DNA of 64,000 bases from Lepidodermella squamata (taxonomy: Eukaryota; Animalia; Gastrotricha): positions 992,001 to 1,056,000 of the forward strand of contig JBLDXI010000042.1 in assembly GCA_047495785.1 (NCBI GenBank). The letters are read 5' to 3'. Under the pieces are notes generated by a model. That model had not been told where the DNA came from, did not search any database, and worked only from the letters and a program-made list of their open reading frames with translations. This document shows positions 10,976 to 22,586 of the stretch, one piece after another. Position 1 is the stretch's first letter. Every line of letters begins with the position of its first letter. A program made the translations under genes and the position numbers.

Positions 10976-12343
10976 TTACTGTTCAGCCATGAGAGAGAAT
11001 AGAGTCATATCTATGAGAGTCACAGAGAACAAAACAACTAGCAGAACACTAAAGTCCAAAACTTTAATCCTGCGATTTTTTAATTCATGCAGCTTTCGAT
11101 CAGCAAGCTCAGATTCCGACATCACACTAGCCAGGCAAGCATAGACAGTGATCACTACTCCAGCGATGAATTTTGCCCCTATAACTGTGACAATATAAAC
11201 ATGCTCACCTGTTTTCGGGATCATCCCGAAAACCAGAGTTAAAATGACGGAATAAGCTGAAACCACGGTAACATTATAAGTTGTACGCTCTGGGTCGCCT
11301 GGCTCAATCATCAAACCCGCTAATTGAATGAAAAATAGGCTGAATGTTGGTACTAAAATGTTCCAGACGTAGTAGACAGGTTTTCGTTGGAATTTGAACA
11401 TAAATTTAAGCCTGGAGTAATTTTCGGTCGAATTATAAGACGAAACGACGAGGACCTCTGATTTGAGGTCGATCAACTGCCATATCTCGCTGTCGCCTAA
11501 AAATGCGTCTCGGGCTGAATCTTCGATGCCAAAAAACGAAATCGTGTAGTTTGCTTCTTCTATTGTTTCGTCAGAGTCGAAATATGCCGAGCAGATCTGA
11601 GTATCAAAGGGGAATTTCCGGAAACTGAATGAGGGACAGAATACGTCGAGCCGACCCAGAACAAACCAGTAAGCTTGATAGTCTTGCTTGAAGGGTGTAA
11701 TATAGACATTACCAAACTGTCTGTGGAGAGAAATGTGTTAACATTTTCAAGTAAAGTCGAAATTTTGCTAGCTACCGATTTTCATTTGATTAATTTTTAG
11801 TTTTACTCAGTAGAACTATTAGTATGTTATTTTTCTGTCAAATGAAAAGGGGTTGTAAGCTTAATTTATCAAATATTACTCGTTTTGTGGCTTGGCGTTT
11901 CTGACAGCCGATTGGTGGAGAATTGACGGTCGCCACGCTTTATCCGGGGGCTGGGCAAAGTAGATCGTTTGATAAATGAAAGTCGATTTCGGTGCGCATA
12001 ATCGTCGCCTTGTGGGAAATAGATCGACACATCGCGGTATTCGACAGGGCAAATTCCAGCTGTACTCTGTCCGTAAAATAAGCGACAGCCGCTGTTCAAC
12101 GTCACTGATTTCAACAAATCGGAAGAGACTCATTGAAATATCGACTTCAACTTGTTTGTTGAATTCGGTGGCCAGGCCGAATTCTGTTGGGATGTCATCG
12201 ACCGCGGCCGCTGGGCAAACTTTGTAATAAGCCTCCCTGACCTCATCTGCAAAGGATTGATTGTTAACATAATTGAATCTCGCACTTGTAACAGCAGAGG
12301 CACAGCAGGTCAAAATTATGAATGCCTTAAATTCTGCGAACAT
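10976..12343 (-). CDS. Divergent Cys-loop channel subunit B, 402 aa; exons 11880-12343 and 10976-11720
   Basis: Close paralogue of A; Cys-loop CPSFSFRKFPFDTQIC; in-frame phase-2 splice. Confidence 0.92.
11775..11852. repeat. Fixed-spacer inverted-repeat element, copy 3 (intron of channel B)
   Basis: CCGATTTTCATTTGAT-N46-GTCAAATGAAAAGGGG. Confidence 0.8.
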
Positions 12344-12447
12344 TTTGTGAAAAAACTGCCAACTTTGCCTCAAGAAAACAAACTTTTCTGGTCATCACTT
12401 ATTTATTAGTGCACTGAAAGTGCAAACTTGGGTTTTCTACGCTAACT

Positions 12448-12526
12448 CCATTTTTCATTTGATTAATCACGATAATTAAGCATTAAATCACAGTGAAATT
12501 ATAATTTTTGCCAAGTGAAAAAGGGG
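12448..12526. repeat. Fixed-spacer inverted-repeat element, copy 4 (between C and B)
   Basis: CCATTTTTCATTTGAT-N46-GCCAAGTGAAAAAGGGG. Confidence 0.8.
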
Positions 12527-12562
12527 CTTTTAGCTATTCATAAATTATTTAGCGAAAGATTA

Positions 12563-13835
12563 TCATCCATTAATCATATGAGAAAAATAATTAACGTCTA
12601 AAGTCAAAACAACAACCAAAATTATCACGAACACACAAAAATCGATAATTCTAACAACTCGAGAGTGAAATAGTCGACAAATCCGGAATTTTCGCTTAGT
12701 CAACATTGAATCACCGTAAAGGCAAGTCGAGCAAGAGTATATAGTTATAATAACACCAACAATAAATTTAACAGCCACAACTTGGACTAAATGAACTTTT
12801 TCAGCTGTTTTCGGGATCATTCCGAAAACTAGGGTTAGAATGACTGAAGAAGCCAAAACTACAGTAACAGCGAAAGACGGCCGTTCCGGGTCGGTTGGTT
12901 CGATCAATAACCCGGAAAGCTGGATAAAAAAAATTCCGAAAGTCGGAACTATGATATTCCAGATATAGTTATCAGGGATTCGCTCGAATTTCATCGTGAA
13001 AGTCAGACGATTTGAGGTGTAACTACCGTTGTTTGATACTGCGACTTTTGTTTCATACGTGAAGGGCTCGACAAGTTGCCAAACTGCACTTTCGCTTACA
13101 AAATCATCCCTAGCAGATGTGTCAATATCGAATTGTAGAATAGTATATTTGGCTTCTCGGGTTTGGTCCTCCGAGTCGAAAATCGCTGTGCATTCTTGCG
13201 TGTCGAAAGGGAACCGCTCAAAGCTGAATGATGAGCAGTAGATATCAAATCGGCCGAAAACAATCCATTCGCAGGAATATGTTTTCAAAGGATAGAAGTA
13301 TATATTGCTCATCTGGCTGGAAACGAAAGGCAAAATGTGTGACACTTTCCAGCTCAGCTATGAAAACTCACTCTTTTGTCGTCCTAGTTTTCGACATTGC
13401 TGTAACATGGGCCAAGTTCGGTCTCCAATGCTGCTCGCTAGGTCCGGTGAAGTACATTTCACTGAGATCGCCCTCGCATACATCAGGCTGTATTTTGAAA
13501 ATGTCTTTGCACTTCGGAACTTCGCATGGCAACGTCCAGCTGAAGAACATTTCAGCGAAAACAGAGAGCCGTTGGTCGATGTCGTTAATCTCCAGGAATC
13601 GGTATAACAAGAAGCGAACGTGTACATCAACGATTGATTTCATGCTAGTCGCGGCTGCGTACTCGAGGGCGAGATCTTTCGACCATGCGGCTGGGCACAG
13701 GTTCCTAAACCTCGTCCTCATTTCGTTAACGTAGGAAAAATTTCTCGCCGGAATTTCATAATCATCTTCATCCTCCTCATCTTCGGCGCTTGAGGTCGCG
13801 ACCAAGGCCAGGACAAATAAAAATCCCAGTTTCAT
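12563..13835 (-). CDS. Divergent Cys-loop channel subunit C, 405 aa; exons 13372-13835 and 12563-13316
   Basis: Signal peptide; acidic N-terminus; Cys-loop CSSFSFERFPFDTQEC; 4 TM; 55-nt phase-2 intron. Confidence 0.92.
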
Positions 13836-13910
13836 AGTGACGAACGCAAAAAAACAATGATAGAGAACAAAGTTCGATTAATAGTCATCAAAATCATCAA
13901 TAATTCATTA

Positions 13911-13991
13911 CCCCCGTTTTATTTGACAAATACGCCAAATTTAGCATAAAATATATGTGTCAAAATTTTGTTGTGATCAAGTGAAAAATGG
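13911..13991. repeat. Fixed-spacer inverted-repeat element, copy 5 (divergent promoter region of C and D)
   Basis: CCCCCGTTTTATTTGAC-N48-ATCAAGTGAAAAATGG. Confidence 0.8.
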
Positions 13992-14074
13992 CAATTATAA
14001 TATTTCTGTGTTAAATAAATAATTTAACGGGTTGAATCAACTGCAAGTTTTTTCGTTGAAAATCAGAATTAAGC

Positions 14075-15352
14075 ATGCTTTTCCAAATTATTTTTGCCAT
14101 TTTGATCCTCCCAACATGGACGCGAAAGTTTGATTTTCTGAATGGCACATCTTTCTCGTCAGAGTTTCAGGAGGCTTACTTCTCCTATTGCCCAAGTGCG
14201 AAGTCCTACTACCTTCCGTTGGAATTCGCTGCTGTTTATTTTGGCAGTAAAAAGCTCGTTAGCGTAACCGTTGATTTCGTACTGTTCCGCTTCATTGAGC
14301 TGAACGACGTTGATCAAAGACTATCACTTCTCGGCCAAATGTACCTTTCTTGGAATTTCCCATGCCCAGAGCCAACATGTGAACAGTTGCTGCCTAATCG
14401 AAGTGATGTGTGTTCGAGTGTTGATATGAAATACTTCTCGCAAGCTTATTTCAGCGTACCGAATACTAAAATCTGGCTGCCTAATTTGAACCACATCACT
14501 GCAATGTCGAGCCCAAGAACAGCAGTAGAGTAAGATTTTTCTGAAATATTCTGAGAATTCAAAATATTTTTTTTTAGCCAACTTAGCGACGTGTTCATTC
14601 AACCGTTTCAAGATCCGCAAGTGGAATGGTCATCAAGCGGGCGCTTTGATATCTACTGCTCTTCATTCTCCTTCAAACGGTTCCCATTTGATTCCCAAGA
14701 ATGCACAGCAATTTTCGAGACAGACACAGCCTCGTCCGATATTACCTTGGACTTGCACCTTTTTACTATAGATGACGCGTCTAAACATATATTCATTGGC
14801 AACAGTGAAATCTGGCAGTTGAAGGAGATAGACAGCAAGACGAGCACAGTAGCCGTGGAAAACGCCTTCGCGAACGCGACCCGACTTCATTACACTCTGC
14901 GATTCGACCGAAAGCCCGGCTACTACATTTGGAACATCCTACTACCAACTTTTGGCCTGTTCGCTATTCAAATCGGCGGCTTGATGATCGAACCTAACCA
15001 TGCAGAACGCGCGACCTTCGCTATATCCGTTGTATTAGCCGATTCAATCGTGCTAACCAGCGTTTTCGGAATGATCCCCAAAACCTCGGAAATGGTCTAT
15101 CTGGTATTCATGATTTTCTCAAAATACGTCTGCGGCGTTTTGGTATCACTCTACATAACAACCGCGTGTTGTTTCGGCGATAAGAAATTTGGCAGACAAG
15201 TTTTGACATTTCGACTTCTGAAAATAAGAGTTGTCCGACTATTGGACATTGCCGTAGGCTTCACAATACTATCTCTTATCATTTTTCTCGACATTATATA
15301 CTTTTACTACATGATAAACTCGAAACACCATTTATCACTTGACAATATTTAA
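14075..15352 (+). CDS. Divergent Cys-loop channel subunit D, 409 aa; exons 14075-14529 and 14578-15352
   Basis: Cys-loop CSSFSFKRFPFDSQEC; FDRKPGYYIWNILLP; 4 TM; 48-nt phase-2 intron at the same position as in A-C. Confidence 0.92.
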
Positions 15353-15405
15353 CAATTCACATTGTAATATGTGTGAAATGCGGAAAGTTGACAAATGAAA
15401 ATGGG
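15328..15405. repeat. Fixed-spacer inverted-repeat element, copy 6 (overlaps stop codon of channel D)
   Basis: CCATTTATCACTTGAC-N46-GACAAATGAAAATGGG. Confidence 0.7.
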
Positions 15406-15412
15406 TGTTTTC

Positions 15413-17378
15413 TTATTCATTCGTATTTTTTAGTATTTCGATCGATTCTTCAATGCTGGCAGCTTCCTTAACCCCCGGCATCACGGTTTCGTTCAATGAA
15501 TTGCGCCTGAAAGCATTCGCTCCCTTAGCTAGGAGGTAGGCTACAACTTCTTTCTGATCCGCCTCGACGGCTAGCATTAGGGTGGTTTTCCCGTCTACAA
15601 CGCGAGCTGCATTGATATCAACGTAGCCAGATTCGCAGAGAACTTGAACAGTTTCTAGAGCTCCGTTGACAGCAGCTCGTTGCAACGGGGTTAGGCCATG
15701 TAAGAATTCGTTATCGCGACCATCGAGTAGACTTTTCAGGTTTTCAGTTGTCGCTTCCTTCCCCCAGCCATTTTCCTCGCTTAGTTGGAGATAACGTGAG
15801 ATTAGAAGCTCGATAATCTTCGAATGAGAATGAGCAGCGGCGAGATGGAACCCGCTTGCGTTGTTGAGGTGTTCCATATTAGGAATTTCGCCGTGTTTCT
15901 CTTTGTTGTAGCCTAGGAGGTAGAGTAAGGTTGCATCGTATTTCGCGCTTGATGACAGCAACTTTGACAGAACTTTGCAATCCCCTTTAGCACAGGCTCT
16001 CATAAATTCCTATGAATACATATTTTGGCACGTGAGATTCGAAGAGAAGTTGCGCATACTTTTTCTTGATTCAAAGTGAAATCGGGGCGAGGGACCAGTT
16101 CTTTTGCCCCGCAATTTAGATCAGAGAGAAAAATCTAGGAATTGTTCTGAATTATTCAAAATATTCTACACAATTTGTTACTTCACCTTCCTGAGCCGCA
16201 GAGTTTCAGCTCCCAAGATGCGGTCTTCGATTTCATCTAAATCCGAGAGTTGTTGGAGAGCGTTAACAATCCTATCATTCTCCAGTATTTCCTCAAAGCC
16301 AGGCCTCTGAGCCGGTTCTTTTCTGAGTAAAGAAGCGATCAGATTGACAAGATCCTTGCTGTAGATAGACTCGTCAATCCTGCTTGAAGGCTCATAGCTA
16401 CACAGAAAAATTGTGAAAAATCTCCGATAATAGGAAAACGACAAACTCATCAGGCGAAGATCTCAAATCATCGTCCCCTCCAAACTGGAATTAATAAAAA
16501 TGTGAAACAAAAATTTTAAAAATTTTAAAAAATTTACTGGACGTTTTAGAGTTGCCATTTGGTGTAGCAAGACTCCAAAGGCCCAAACATCCGTTTTCAC
16601 ATCGAAGCCGCATCCGTCATGAATCTCAGGAGCGCTGTACGGCGAAACTGAATCAGCCGGTTGCTTCAGCACGTCCAACTCGCCGATTTTAATTCGAGTT
16701 CCATGCGTAATAAGAATGCTCTGAAAAAAGCTTAAAAATCAACAAATCGTTTGGAAAAGGTAACGAATTACGTCATCTTTGAGATCTCCGTGAAGAAATT
16801 CCTTAGTGTGGATGTAGTCCATAGCTCGAGCTATCTGAGCAGCCCACAGCCAGATAACAGTTTCTGGCAACAAACGGCCTCGTCGTCGCTCGAGAGCTGT
16901 TTCTAACGTTTCAGCTGCGAAAATTGTGTAAAGAGTTGGACCAAAAGAAAGGGGAAAGTTTACTGTCATAGTCGAAGCCCTCAGATAGCATGTGAACTCG
17001 TTTTCCGTCTAAAAACACATCATCCATAATATACTGAATTTGGGAGGAAGCACAAATCTTACCAGTATAAACATCAAGGACCGAAACAATATTAGCGTGG
17101 CAGCATTGTTGCATTTTGACAAACTGAAAAGAGGTCAAATTAAATTTCAATTTTATTCGAATTTTTTTTACCTCGTCGTTGATTTTCTTGCGCATATCCT
17201 CGTCGAAATCACTGATGTCCATCTCTTTGATAACGACCCGCCTGCGGTCTGTTCTCCTGGTTGCTTCATAATTGTCCCAAACGCTGCGCGAGCCGACAAA
17301 TCGCGGACTTTCCTCCTCGAATTTGTCATGGGCATGCGTTAGGAACGTATACGAAGCTGATGCCTTTAACGATTGCAT
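15413..17378 (-). CDS. NEK/NIMA-like pseudokinase fused to C-terminal ankyrin repeats (~9 exons)
   Basis: VVIKEM, HANIV, LLPETVIWLWAAQIARAMDYIH, HGDLKDDSIL, KIGELD, YSAPE, KTDVWAFGVLLHQMATLKRP, PAQRP; in-frame splices 16187/16134 and 16060/16009 link the kinase to the ankyrin exon 15413-16009. Confidence 0.8.
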
Positions 17379-17856
17379 GATTTGTTGTGCGAGGAATTGT
17401 TTCTCAAAATAATACTGAGTACGGCGAATTTCTACGCAAAACAAAGCGTACTAATCAATCGATTCGAATTATGACAGTCTGAGGCAATAATCTCGCCTGA
17501 GTCGGATGATCAAATAAAAATTATTTTTTCATAATTTAGCGATTTCGTTCATTTTTAATCAATTTAATCCTGAAATTAGATATAATTAAGCTAATACCCT
17601 GATTTCATTTGGCTGAGCCGCTTTTTATAGCATTATTTTATTGCAGCTCAGTCAAGTGAAATTGGACGATAACGTGAAATAGGCTTATTCGTGAAATGTT
17701 GGAATATTTAGCACTTTTATCGCGATTGACGAGTTTTTGGGCTGTTTTAGGACGCGTGCCGTTGAGTTGAATGAGGTGGAGCAATAAACTGCACGTGAAT
17801 AGCCTATTCTGATGTTCGCCTTTATTAGGGCGTGCTCGCACACGTTAGTACTAGTG

Positions 17857-17930
17857 GCCTCCTTGGCTCAGTTGGCTAGAGCGCCAGTCTCATAATCTGG
17901 AGGTCGTGAGTTCGATCCTCACAGGGGGCA
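17857..17930 (+). tRNA. tRNA-Met (CAT), elongator type
   Basis: Acceptor stem GCCTCCT/AGGGGGC; D arm GCTC/GAGC; anticodon loop CTCATAA; T arm GTGAG-TTCGATC-CTCAC; downstream oligo-T terminator. Confidence 0.97.
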
Positions 17931-18062
17931 CTATAATGTTTTTCATTTTTTTATTTTATTTTTATTTATTTCTCATTTATTAATATACTCCACTCACGTT
18001 CTCGTGATGAGCAAAATAACAGCTGCTCAAATGTTTGAAAAATACTCATTAAATAACCCACC

Positions 18063-19660
18063 ATGGAAGTTTTTCCTACATTTATTCTTTACTTGTATCA
18101 CGCTATCGCCTTTGCTTTGATGGAGCCTGGGACAACTATTAAAGCAATCAGTCATTCATTTAAGGAAGGTCACGATGAGAAAACTAATCCTCTTTTTGCA
18201 CCTGAGTTGAATTTTCTTTCTTCAACAGCAGGGAAACCTTGTAACAGGCCGAGCTTTCATGAGATCAAGCCCTCAAAAGCGAGAATTTTTCGTGGCGAAG
18301 AGCTGCAAGGCCCAGCGCCTTGGATGGCTCGAATCATGTTTCGGTATGTCTCTCCTCTTGTTCAAGAATCAACCAACTGATCCATCTTAACAGGACAGAC
18401 CAAGGGGATTTAATTAGCAAGTTTGGGTAAGCTCAGATTTTGAAATTTAGGACAGCGAACTTATACCCTACAACAGTCGCTATCAAGGAATATGTACCGG
18501 CTTCTTAGTCTCGTCCGAGTGGGCTATCACAGCAGCTCATTGCATGACAGAAAACAGCACCCATATGTGAATTTATAGCGAAATCCACTCGAACTGGTTC
18601 ATTGTTCCTTCTTAACAGGCTCTGGGACGATCCTTACTACCATCCGATGAAATGCTTCAAGGACTATGACGTTGTAGTTCGTCTGGGCAAAGGGCCTATT
18701 GACGGACAGCCAAAAGATCGAAATTTTGTCGATATCCCAGTCGATCATTACGTGTATCCACAAGCATATAGACCAGGTATTTAATGAAATTAATATCCAT
18801 TCCAACCTCAAGCTTTTCCCTTAGCGGAGGAAGTCACTACGACGCATGGTGATATGGCTTTACTGCATCTCCACCTTAAAATGGCGACGAATAAGGAATA
18901 CACGGCATCAAATGCTGGCGAGAAGCACCTCTGTTTACCGGGCCCGAATGACGAATTAGATACTTTGCCTGAGAAGAGCCTGGACCCAAAACACACCTGC
19001 ATCGCATTGGGTAAATGCTCGAAATATCTAAAATTTCGAAAAAATTCAGTAATTTTCAGGATTTGGCCTGAGATATCCGAGAAATTTTGGAGAATTTGCA
19101 AACCCAAAAACGGCGATGGCTGGAAAGCTGAGACTGGGCGAAAAAGAGGCCTGCCTTAAGAATTACCCTTTCGCCATAAATGGTTCCGAAATATGCTTGG
19201 AAGGTTACATCGACGAATCAGCAACTATGCAAATTGGAGAGGATATGGACGAATTTTCGAGAAAACCATCCCGTGTGATGGAGATTCAGGCGGCCCGATA
19301 TTTTGCGTAGACCGTGAAAATCGTTACAAGTTATACGCTGTTTACGTCGCCGGTATCACTCGTTACGAAAAATGTGGCCTTGACGATTTTGCCATAGCAA
19401 CGAGTCTGCTCCATTATCGGAAATGGTTCGATGCCTTCTGGGCGTTTTGGCCGGTCTGGAAAGCAAAGTTTGACTGTTCCAGTCATGTTCAGGCTGCGAC
19501 GCAGTACTGCTTCGAGCGAATGCATCGGCCATGTGTTGGTGATATAAAGTGTGGCGTTAACAAAACGCATCGAACAGTTGCTTACAGCAGACGTCAGTAC
19601 CTATCGATGAAATCGAATCATCCTGATTACACTGTGCATACAGCCTTTTATTGCAAATAA
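18063..19660 (+). CDS. Secreted S1-family serine protease (paralogue 1) with Cys-rich C-terminal extension, multi-exon
   Basis: Signal peptide; activation site R|IFRG; CTGFLVSSEWAITAAHC; GDMALLHL; CDGDSGGP. Confidence 0.9.
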
Positions 19661-19918
19661 ATATTGTTTCGAGTTTCGAACACTTTTGAGATTGAGAAAC
19701 AGTAATATTAGAATGTACTTTTATTGTAAACCCGGAAATGGAAACGAGTATCCATTAATGTGGAATATGGAAAATAACAGTCCCATAAGGAACGCAAGCA
19801 AAGTAAACACGCGAAAAAGGGTTCAGAAACTCTGAAATGAGGGATGAGGACACATCTAATGGCCAGCAAACTTTTTACTATTCTTGTGATTTTTTGAATA
19901 TTTCTAAAATTTTGCTAG

Positions 19919-20153
19919 TACCTGGTTCGCATAGCGCAGCCACTTTTTACCGTAGCCGAGAAAATCGCACAATAGAGCAAACGAATTAACCGCCTAATGA
20001 GACACAGTTTTTAGGCCGATATTTTTTACTTGCAAAATGAAAAATATTGGCCAAAAAATCCGTTCGCGTTCAATTATTCAAATTACGGGTTCTATTGTGA
20101 GATTTTCTCGGCCTCGGTAAAAAGTGGCTGCGCTATGCGGTAATTTTCGGTAT
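19919..20153. mobile_element. Foldback MITE
   Basis: ~50-bp inverted arms cgcatagcgcagccactttttaccg..gagaaaatcgcacaataga / tctattgtgagattttctc..cggtaaaaagtggctgcgctatgcg plus an inner inverted pair; TA at the ends. Confidence 0.8.
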
Positions 20154-20454
20154 ACTTGTTATTACCCGGATGACCAATTTTCTCCGGATTTTTAATTTTT
20201 AATCCCATGAACAAGGACAAGTGTCCCAGAAGTTGAGCAACTATTTTCATTTTGGCTACTTTCCATCTCGTCAAACCGTCAAACCGTGGGTAAAATCTCC
20301 TCAAACCGGGTAAAATACCGAAAATTACCGAACCAGCGAACCAGTTACCAGTAACCATGGGATTGTCCGGGTTTTCTCCGGGAAATGTTTCATTTCTTCG
20401 GTTAAATCGCGTATAATTATGGAATATTCTCTCGGTTAACATTTATAAAGGTTT

Positions 20455-20545
20455 GAATGAATGAATGAATGAATGATTTTATTTAACTTCCACTCGACTA
20501 TACCCGTCTATACCGTCTATAAGGCGTCTATACCCTTTCGGGTTT
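20455..20545 (-). repeat. (ATTC)n tail with adjacent short tandem repeats; probable 3' end of a non-LTR retroelement
   Basis: (GAAT)5 then ttttattt (AATAAA on the minus strand) and ctatac(c)cgt repeats. Confidence 0.4.
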
Positions 20546-22586
20546 TGTGGAAGGCGAAGGAAGGCAAAATTTAAGAAAAAACGCCCACCCCCGCAGTTAG
20601 CAATTTGCTTTTACCAAAATTGCTTTATAAAAGTTTAATTTATCAAAATTAATAATTTAATTTATCAAAATTGTTAAAATTTTCTACAAAATTAGCCAAA
20701 ATAAAAATAGTTGCGCAACTTCTGGAACACGCTGCAAGGCCGTTAACAAGTGAGAAGTGGGGTTATATGAGAAGGGGAGATTTTGAACGATCAATGAACG
20801 AGGAAGGAGTCGAACGATAAGAAAACGATGTTGATAATAATCAGGGATGCTCGCACGGTAAAATTTGCTGATTTTTAAAGAAAAGCGCGCCTAACAAAAT
20901 TCAGACTTTTAATTGCATCAAATTAATAATTCGTCGTTTAATAAAATCTGATGGCCTTTTCTCTTCCTAATAAATAAATCTAAGAGCCTTTTCCGCAGCT
21001 CATTAGGTTCACTCGTCTTTTGACGTGGATTGGAGCCTCGGGAAGGTCTGAATTGTGAACATTCAAAATCCTCAAAGAAAACTGAGAAAGATTTATATCA
21101 AGGAATCCAAGAATCCCCACTTCAACATGGAGCAAAAATTGACAAAACAGCCTTTGAATGAGCTTACCGTACGGACCGATGGAACTGGTAGGGATGATCC
21201 CTACCATCCCTAGCGATACTTCACTCTCTTCAAGTTTTTCAAGTCAAGACACTGTTTGCTGTTTGCTGGAAAATACAGAAAATACGCCAAACCCCACCTT
21301 TCATTTTTATCTTGGCATCTTATGATACATATAACTTTTCTTTCAATCTCTTCAAATCAGTCATCATCGCTAGTCTTCTTTCTTTTTACCCAGCAGGAAA
21401 AAAATCGTCCGTAGAGAGCTTTCGTTTGATTTTTCTCGACGAAGCAAAATTACGCCACAACAGAATTGAAAGGCTTTTCCGGAAAACACATCATCTACCT
21501 ACTGTCTACTGCATATAGTTGATAGTTTTAACCTCATAAGTTTTTTATTTAAAATGCTTTCGCACTATGGGCATGATCGTATGCCATACACGAACATGAC
21601 ACGAACATCGTAAACAGACCTCAACATCACCGGTATACAATGACGCAGAGCTGATGCGCTTGTATTTTCACTTTTCTCGAAAATTCGCAACAACTTGGTT
21701 GAAAGAAAGCTATTATACAACTAGCATTTACACACATCATCCACATCACTATCTGTTTATGTGATCTGCCATCCACACGGTGGCAAGAATAAAAGACATA
21801 ACGTACAACGTAATTAGCTCCAAACGTTTCGAGCAAACGACACCGGTGCAGTTATGCTCAATTGTGGGCTGGCTTGTATGATGCGCTTTTGCAACATCAG
21901 CCTAGGGCAAGTACGTGAAGAAAATTACAACAGAATAAAGGCATGGACGCATCGCCCAGATATTTCTTCACCAGTTAATATTTTGTTGCGCGATGATGTG
22001 AAAATTGGCGAGTCATGAAACGCCATCCATAGTGAAACTAATAAAACAAAACTGCAGGATACAAAAATTATATTAATGACAACAATTGGCAGGGCGGTAT
22101 CATTTACACTCATTAATTGCATGACATGCAATTTTATCGCGCAAATGCGTTTCGGCTAGTGGCCTGACGCAGAGCCTTAAATTTCTTCCAGTGACTGGGT
22201 CTCAATGAGCGAAGCCGCAAAACTCATAATTATTTTTTTGAACCTCCTTTGAATTATTCACTTATTTTAAAAGAAATTTAAAGTTGAATAAATCTTGAAT
22301 ATTTGATTTTTTCCTACATACGCATGGTAACATTTTGCCATAAGGAAATTGAATTACTCAATGGCTGCATAGCATCTTTTAAGATGGAATTTTTATTTCA
22401 AATTGTGACCCTATTTTCACAGTGGTATGACCCAGTGCGCATGTAGGAATAGGATTACCCTTAGGATGTATGAATAGGATTAATCTGATCTCTATGCCAT
22501 GGAGAAATCCAATTTCCTCCGTCTCTGAAACCCCGAGTGAGTTTGGCTCTATTCTGTTGGTTTCCTAGACTTTTTTTACAGTTACA

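Noticed and set aside
21540-22210. Hydrophobic minus-strand ORF fragments (also 29430-30120) resembling a decayed multi-pass or GPCR gene
   Set aside because: Frames break differently in the two duplicates and there is no diagnostic motif; at most an old pseudogene
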